From Octopus vulgaris (Eukaryota), in the NCBI GenBank assembly GCA_951406725.2, contig OX597830.1, forward strand, positions 60,636,001-60,700,000: 64,000 nucleotides of DNA, given 5' to 3'. The notes below the pieces were generated by a model that was given only the letters and a program-made list of their open reading frames with translations, was not told the origin of the DNA and did no database searches. The stretch's first letter is position 1. The number at the start of each line of letters is the position of its first letter. Position numbers and translations under genes: made by a program. Below are positions 55,365 to 64,000 of this stretch, in pieces.

Positions 55365-57271
55365 AGAGAATATGGAGGGAGCATTATTTTAAAGATTAGA
55401 AAAATCTGTTATATTTTACTATAACTTACATAAAATTAAAAGGGGTATCTTCAAACAATGTTTGATAACAATATAGGTGCTAGTGATTCTGTCATGGTTA
55501 CAGACTTTACTCCGTTAAGTGGTTCTCAACCGAGGTCCATATGGCATTTGAAAGTCCAAATAAGATTTTTTTGTTAATATTTATGTACATTATACTGGTT
55601 ATACATCTACAATAATCAAATTATTTTTTTGTTTTTCATACAATTCCTAAGAATATTTGATTATAAAAACATAAGATTTTTAAAAACATCGAATGGCGAT
55701 GAGGGTACATCCAAGTAAAATAGGAATCAAAGGAATCCATTTATAAAGCAAAAATGGTTGAGAAACAATTCTTTACTGGCTTCTATCAATTTTCGAGGTC
55801 AAAATTTCCTTCCCAAATACTGAAGGTTGGTTGCTTCGAGACGATGATATTTTAGCATTCACTGGCTGCAGTTCAAAGACGACGACGGATAGGATAAGAA
55901 AGGAACTGATATTTGTACTAATCAGCGAGCTGTTAATTCCTTGGCTGTCAACCTTAATCTTTCGATAAGGTTATATTTTTGCAAATCAGTTCATTTCGAC
56001 TTAAATTTATATAAAAGTGTGAAATAATTTTTCAACGTACTTCATGCATTTTCAGTTTCACATAAAAGAAACTTCTTTTTTTTTTTTTTGATAATCAGCT
56101 TCAATGAGCGAAACAGATTTATATCTCAAAGGATTCTAGAATTATTCTATACATTTTGTAATTTATATATTAAAGAATACCAGTAGAAATTTCGTGGTTA
56201 TTTTGAAAACTGTAAGATGGTTGGAAGATTATAGAAAACCACGAAATATATATTTACACACACGCAAACACACACACATGCACACATACACGCGCGCGCA
56301 CATGTATACATACATGCGTACATACATACATACATACATACATACATACATACATGCATACATACATACATACATGCATACATACATACATGCATGCATA
56401 CGTACATACATGCGTACATACATACATACATACATAAATACATACATACATACATGCATGCATACGTACATACATACATACATACATACATACATACATA
56501 AATACATACATACATAAATATATACAAGCATATATCTAAAGAAGACCTAAGCCTCCATCCAGCGAACTTTCATCTACTTCAATAAGATCTTAAACAAACA
56601 CGGGGAGACCGAATGACAGAATGCGGTGACTAAAGACCTGGTGACGTCACAAACTTTACGACATTTCAAAGTTCTTTTTCTTCCTTTCCGCATCACTTTA
56701 ACCTCCTCAACTTTCTAATTTCTACTCTCTTTCATTTTTGCCGTTTCCTTTAACTTCCACTCTCACTCAGTCTCTCATTCTCCCTTTCTTTTTCTAACTC
56801 ATTCTCTCTCTCCCTCCCCATCTCTCTCTCTCTCTCTCCCTCCCTATCTATATATCTATCAATAAATTTATCTTTCTCTTCCTCTCCAATAACGACTTCC
56901 GGCCAGCTTCACCTCTCCTTATTCTTACTCTTTCTCTCTGCTGTTTCAGTATAAACATCATCACCATTCCATTCACCATCATGAACTCCAACGTCACCGC
57001 CGCCAGCGCCACCTGTACTGTAACTACTAATTGTTTCTCTTTTTTTTTTTGGTATTTAAGTTGGTTCCCTTATCGTGACGCACAAGTCGGGAAGGAATGT
57101 AGTGTCGTACAGGTGTGTGCGTGCGCGTGCTTGGGTATGAATACTATATTTACTGGAATCTGAAAACTTGCCAAATCGCAATCCGAGTTTCTTTTTCGGA
57201 TCTTTGGACAATTGTGATCAACAGAACAAAGGATACCAATGTATAAAAGAACATGTTGAGAATATATGAAC

Positions 57272-57680
57272 ATAGGCGCAGGAGTGGTTGTGTGGTAAGT
57301 AGCTTGCTTACCAACCACATGGTTCCGGGTTCGATCCCACTATGTGGCACCTTGAGTGAGTGTCTTCTACTATAGCCTCGGGCCGCCGACCAAAGCCTTG
57401 TGAGTGGATTTGGTAGACGGAAACTGAAAGAAGCTCGTCGTATATATGTATATATACATATATGTTTGTGTGCCCGTATTTGTCCCCCCTAGCATTGCTT
57501 GACAACCGATGCTGGTGTGTTTATGTCCCCGTCACTTAGCGATTCGGCAAAAGAGGCCGATAGAATAAGTACTAGGCTTACAAAGAATAAGTCCCGGGGT
57601 CGATTTGCTCGACTAAAGGCGGTGCTCCAGCATGGCCGCAGTCAAATGACTGAAACATGTAAAAGAGAAAAAATGAAAGA
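57272..57680 (+). mobile_element. SINE family A, full length
   Basis: High identity to the other copies; this one has a canonical B box GGTTCGATCCC. Confidence 0.93.
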
Positions 57681-58049
57681 GAATAGGTTTTAACTCGGTT
57701 GAAAAATATCCTCGAGTTTTAATCATTAATATAAAGCAATTAAACACTTGTTTAATTAGGAAAGACATAGAAGTATACTATAAATATAAATATAAACATG
57801 TCCAGCTGTATTTTAGCACCATACGCTAATTAATTCCCCAGACAATCAACATCAACCGATTAATATTAAATTATTGCGATTGGCATAGTTGCAGATTTGG
57901 AATTAATTTTATGAGAAATTCTTTCAGTTTTGTAATTTTTAATGAAACTTACAAACTTTTCATGTAGCGTTGCTCAGCTTATTTAAATTTTTCATTAAGA
58001 TCAATCCACTCCAATTATAAATAATTGTTTCCAGCAACTTCTGTTGTGG

Positions 58050-58970
58050 CTACAATGGAATTGATTGTGTAGTCCCTTCTCGCAAAATTCTTCTTCATAC
58101 CCTTTTTGTACTTCTTCCTTTGTTTTCCTTTTTTTTTTTCTCTGCCCCCAATAATCCATCGTTCCTAACTGCCACAAGCAAGGTTTCCTTACTTTGGGCT
58201 AGGTATCTCATTAAGCTCTCGAGTTCGATACTCACGCAGTCTTCCACACTTATCAGTCCCCTTCCTCCATTTGCTCTCTTCATGTATAGACGATCAGTGT
58301 CCGCACGTGGATGATGGGCTCTATGCATCGTTAGGAGATCTCTAGATTTCCTGTCCATCTCCTTTAACTCATTCTCTATCCTCTTCAGGATCCCAGCACC
58401 AGACCGAACTACTGCAACTGCGCGCGAGTTTGTTTCTGGCATTCAGCTTTGAAGCCAATATTTTTTTCTCACTCACCGCAGGGACTCTGTCTTTACCTTT
58501 TCCTTCATGTTTTGGCGTTTGATTCCATCTGCCTCAAGTATCCCCAGGTATTTATAGCCGGAGTGAGGTTGAATTGTCTTCATCATTTCACCACATGGCA
58601 AACCTTATGTCCTGGCAAGCATTGCTCTTCTCATCACCATTGTAGCACATTTTGAGAGTCCAAACTCCATCTTAATATCATTGGAGAAAATCCACACAGA
58701 CTGGACTAGGCTGTCCAGTTCTACCTCAGTTTATGTGAACAGCTTCAGGTCGTCCATGAATAGCAAGTGGTTCAGTTTTCCCTTACCCCTTCCTAGATCA
58801 TACTCCAACTTTGTTTTCTGTAGTATTTCAATCAAAGGGATCATTCCCAGCACGAATATCAGTGGGGACACACTGTTCCCCTGGAAGATTCCTCTCTTGA
58901 TTTTCACATCTAATACTTGCCTCCTTGCTATCAATTCTGTTCTCCAGCATTTCATGCAATTCTACATCAG
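58050..58970 (-). mobile_element. R4/Dong-clade LINE RT core fragment
   Basis: IKRGIFQGNSVSPLIFVL, LNHLLFMDDLKLF, KYLG, MDRKSRDLLTMHRAHHPRADTDRLYMKRANGGRGL. Its 5' end abuts (TAA)n. Confidence 0.92.
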
Positions 58971-58997
58971 AATTATTATTATTATTATTATTATTAT

Positions 58998-59073
<76 letters not shown>

Positions 59074-59204
59074 CCTCTTAGATATAGCGATAGTAATAAC
59101 CTGGTGTTAAAACTCAGTATATATATATATATGCTTAATAAGAGCAGTAATAAGAAATTAAATAAAAGACGAGGGAATACGAAGTTATGTCATGAAGTTC
59201 ATTG

Positions 59205-59274
59205 GCCTACAGCTGTTTCTGCTACAAGATGCAATGCATTCATAGTTCAGTGCTTGTGTATCACTCATCGGGGC
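59205..59274 (-). ncRNA. Hammerhead-like motif (CCGAUGA core variant)
   Basis: gcc CCGATGA gtgatacacaag...cttgtagca GAAA CAGCTG TA ggc. A related copy lies at 62355-62425 (+) with core CTGATGG. Confidence 0.72.
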
Positions 59275-59329
59275 TTCATCGGGGCTTCAAAATTTGAAGT
59301 GCAACTTTATCTGGAAGATCATTCACATT

Positions 59330-59418
<89 letters not shown>

Positions 59419-59419
59419 G

Positions 59420-59482
59420 TTAAGTATAATAGTCATCTCAATATGGCTAACCACTAAGGGTGGGTGTTACTGTAGCTTTTAG
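59420..59482 (-). mobile_element. Segment shared with the Helitron at 1-355 / 21609-22005
   Basis: aagtataatag.catctcaatatggctaaccac...gtgttactgtagctttt matches 33-95, then diverges. Confidence 0.7.
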
Positions 59483-59841
59483 CCCCAGGAATCATCGTCT
59501 CCAGCTAGCTTTAGGCACACTATCTGTGCCCTTATGGTATTTGCAAAGGGAGGTCATCCCTCTCTCGTAAGCCTAAGTGATACGCACGGACTGCAGTTTC
59601 GAGGTATTTGCCTCTTGTCAACGCACGGTAATCACCGGTTTACGATGAAAAGGAAGACCTGTTTGCAAATGCTTATGGGTTTTTCTAGTAACTTCCGTCA
59701 TATATACATGCATATACAGAAAGTATCATTATCGAATAACGCATAAACATATGTAGGAAATGAAGGAATTTGAAGGGGGAGAAGCCCCTCCCAGAAAGAG
59801 TAGACTTAGATAAAATCGCATGTGTGTGTGTGTGTGTGTAT

Positions 59842-60011
59842 GTGACCGCGCGTGTGTATCGTAGGCAATTTTTTCCCTCCATCCTCCCTTCCTTGGATCT
59901 TTCCTTTTCCTATGTTTCCTATGTTCCTTTCCTGAGCGTCCAATAACACTATACTTGTTCCGCGTCCTCGCGTTGTTGTTTTCTCTTTGTGTTTTCATGT
60001 TTGGATTAACT
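59842..60011 (+). mobile_element. Copy of the 4763-4968 unit lacking the hammerhead
   Basis: Both flanks align with the 4763-4968 unit, while the tgacgaagagc...gaaacattaaaccc segment is absent. Confidence 0.85.
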
Positions 60012-60035
60012 ATATATATATATATATATGCGTGT

Positions 60036-60104
<69 letters not shown>

Positions 60105-60618
60105 CGAGGGAACCACATGAGTACTCGCATAACTAAAAATAGAAGTCAAAATACTTCTGTGCTAAGGAATATTCACAAATCTAATATAGGCCTGGTAGGA
60201 AAACATTCTAGTGAACATTGAAATCGCCTTACTTCTGTAGGTCAGTACAATTAATGCTGGTCAACCTGATACCAAGGTTGTGGTCGTATTATAATAGCAC
60301 CATCGCTCTTATATTTACTTATAAATAATTTCACGCATTTCGTTTGTTTAAATAATGTTTTGTTACTTCAAACGAATTTTGCAGGCATCGTGGAGCTGGC
60401 AGACTCTGGCTGAGGAGAAACAGGTAGCTATTTGACACTCATTTCGAAATCATCAGCTTGACCAGCATTACTTTTGTTGACCTACAGAGGTAAGACGATT
60501 TTAATGTTCACTAGAATGTTTTCCTACCAGGCCTGTATTAGATTTGTGATTATTCCGTGGCACAGAAGTATTTTTGACTTCTATTTTTAGCTATGCAAGT
60601 ACTCGTGTAGTACCCTCG
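60105..60618. mobile_element. Mariner-type MITE with ~165 bp TIRs
   Basis: ta|CGAGGG start and CCCTCG end. 60105-60270 is the degenerate reverse complement of 60452-60618. Confidence 0.88.
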
Positions 60619-60647
60619 GGCATATATATATATATATATGTGTGTGA

Positions 60648-60821
60648 TAGATCGCTAGCCACTACACATTCTTTATTTTCTCTCCTTGTTTCTTTCTGTG
60701 TTCCTTTCTGCGGAAGAGCGTAGGCTTGAAACGTTAAAGACTTTTCCCCGAACGTAATACTAATACATCTGTTTGTTGTCTACACCACCTGTCTTCGTCT
60801 TTTGTTTTTTTTGTGAATTCT

Positions 60822-60894
<73 letters not shown>

Positions 60895-61123
60895 TTCATA
60901 TATTGTATGTATATATTTTTATAATAGATCGTTGGCTCCTACACGCATTTGTTTCTCTCCTTGTTTCTCTCCTTGTTTTTTTCTGTGTATCTTTCTGTCG
61001 AAGAGCATAGGCTCGAAACGTAAAAGACTTTTTCTATTTCTATTCCTGAGCGCTATACTAATACAATTGTTTGTTTGTACTCCACCTGCCTTCGTCTTTT
61101 GTTTATTTTCGTAAACTTTCCCT
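60648..61123 (+). mobile_element. Two head-to-tail H1 hammerhead-variant units (60648-60825, 60925-61123)
   Basis: Motifs at 60704-60739 (CTGCGGA) and 60990-61027 (CTGTCGA), separated by (TA)n. Confidence 0.85.
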
Positions 61124-61549
61124 TTATTTTATTAATATGCCTGTACGTCAAATTCGCTTGCCTCTAGTGGTGGTATTTTAATAGTACCAAAGCTCTTATA
61201 TGTGTGTATGTATGTATGTATGTATGTATGTATGTATGTATGTATGTATGTATGTATGTATGTATGTATGTATGTATATGTGCATGTATGTATAAATATA
61301 GGTATATGAATAACTCATATGTAAAGAAGTAAAGATACGTATGGAAACGGAGATATGTAGAAAGTGTCAGAATCCAAAACAATGAAAGAAAAAGAATGCG
61401 GTTATGAGGCTCATAAAGCTATTCTTCTTAAGGATCCTGATTGACAATTAACAGGACGAAAAAACAATGGACCGGGCAGACACGGTACAGATAGCAGCGT
61501 ATGTGTGCGTGGAGAGAAAGAGAGAGAGAGAGAGATACATATATATACA

Positions 61550-61642
<93 letters not shown>

Positions 61643-61772
61643 TTTCTTTGTTTGATTTGCATAATAGTGGTTTTGTCTCTAATTAATATAATATAATATT
61701 TTACTATAAAATTGGATTCAATCCTAAATCTGATTTTTCCCTGTAAATTTGGATTTATTCCCTAATATTTAT

Positions 61773-61835
<63 letters not shown>

Positions 61836-61858
61836 TATACATACATATATATAATATT

Positions 61859-61907
<49 letters not shown>

Positions 61908-62092
61908 TTCTGTGCATATAGAGAAGCATACTTGCATGTGTATATGCATTTGTATATTTATATGCATATGTATCTCTCACAGATATACATATATATATAC
62001 ACACACACAAGTATACCTATATACATGCACAGAAACATCAATATATATATTTATACACACAAACACACACACACGCACACACACACATACAC

Positions 62093-62251
<159 letters not shown>

Positions 62252-62521
62252 TGCATAGACAGATAACCACAAATAAACTTATATATACACTTTTACATAT
62301 AAATGTAAATGCTCTACCAAATAAAACTGCACTTCATTTCTTTAATCTCAGTCGAAACTGATGGGTGATACACAAGCACTGAACTATGAGTGCATTACAT
62401 TTTGTAGCCGAAACAGCTGTAAGCTAATGAAGTTCATGGCATAATGTCTTATTCCCTTGCGGGTGTACGTGAAGCTTTACCAATCTAGAATATAATAGTG
62501 TCACTCGAAGTAGAGTTACTC

Positions 62522-63036
<515 letters not shown>

Positions 63037-64000
63037 GAATAAAATATGTTAACACTCGAACGATTTAGAAACAAAATGAGTCACAATATTTAAGGAGTCC
63101 TTTATTTTTTTTAAAGATTGTGGGTGTGATTTGAAAGAAAATTGTCATTTGTGGTATATGGAGAGAGTACATGAGGTCTCTGTCGTTGTCTCGTTTAAGC
63201 TAATTTATTTTGAATGAATATACTAAATTGATACTATTACTACCAGTTCTATTAGAGTAAAGGGACGAAACCTCCAAAACTAAATATTCTTCTACTGTTT
63301 CTGCTATCAGCACTGCTTGGTTACGCTTTTAGAAAAGAGATATTTTGCTGTGAAGTATTCGCCACTCCCAATATACACGAGCCAAAAGAGCCTGTACGTG
63401 ATTTTTTGACCTGCTGGAAATAAGAGGAAAATTCCACTCAAACCACATCTTGCCACCTTAAAATAAAAGGAAGGGCACATAGGAAAATGTAGCTCTGTTT
63501 ATATTGTTGGAAGTATGATGGAATAACCATGGCTAGAACGCCTGGAACATGGGTCATTTAGACCAGATTTGACCTGAAGCAAAACAACAAAAACAAAAAC
63601 TGTCATTTAAATGTCTTACTAATTAAAGATTGTGTAACTTCGATTTCCTATAAACCCCCTAAATGTGAATGGAGATATAACAGAAGACAGAGACAAAGGT
63701 TCTGTAGAATATCGTCAATATTCCTTGCTCTTTTCTTCTCTAACAATGCAGCAGTGACGCTGTTCTTAAAGAACAAACAGACAATCGATAACCGACTTCT
63801 ATTTGATGGTTATTGAATGTCTGGTAATAATTAATGCCTGTTGGGCGTGTTACTTACTCGACAATATTAAGCATTGGAATATTTCTGCATTTGCTGTTAA
63901 CACATAGCGCCTATTATGCAAATCTGCCTACAAATGTTGTAATAGAAGGATTATGTGCCGTCATTTTGACTACTTAGCGGTGACGAAATTTTATCTTAAT

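Noticed and set aside
60405-60460. CTGAGGAGAAAC and CTGATGATTTCGAAA hammerhead-like strings inside the MITE
   Set aside because: No stem II and no valid stem I pairing.
63722-63830. Polypyrimidine-CAG acceptor with a possible exon
   Set aside because: Stops in all three frames, a weak donor and no supporting partner exons.

Overview
This is AT-rich, microsatellite-saturated eukaryotic non-coding DNA. The SINE families and repeat density suggest an octopus or other coleoid cephalopod genome (inference). I found no supportable host protein-coding gene; almost all listed ORFs are translations of microsatellites. The window is a mosaic of mobile DNA: three tRNA-headed SINE families, a decayed Helitron Rep/Pif1-helicase, non-autonomous Helitrons and a Helentron-like element, three Tc1/mariner remnants plus a MITE, four R4/Dong-clade LINE fragments (two abutting (TAA)n tracts), three RTE 3' ends and a Penelope-like linker fragment. 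The main signal is about 20 type I minimal hammerhead-ribozyme motifs, read by eye on both strands. Five keep an intact CUGANGA...GAAA core. Most sit in 200-450 bp non-coding units embedded in (TA)n/(TG)n microsatellites, resembling Penelope pseudo-LTRs or retrozymes. One family carries a shared non-canonical core (CUG[U/C]NGA) and several unrelated units carry CCGANGA. Coordinates were counted by hand and may be off by a few bases.
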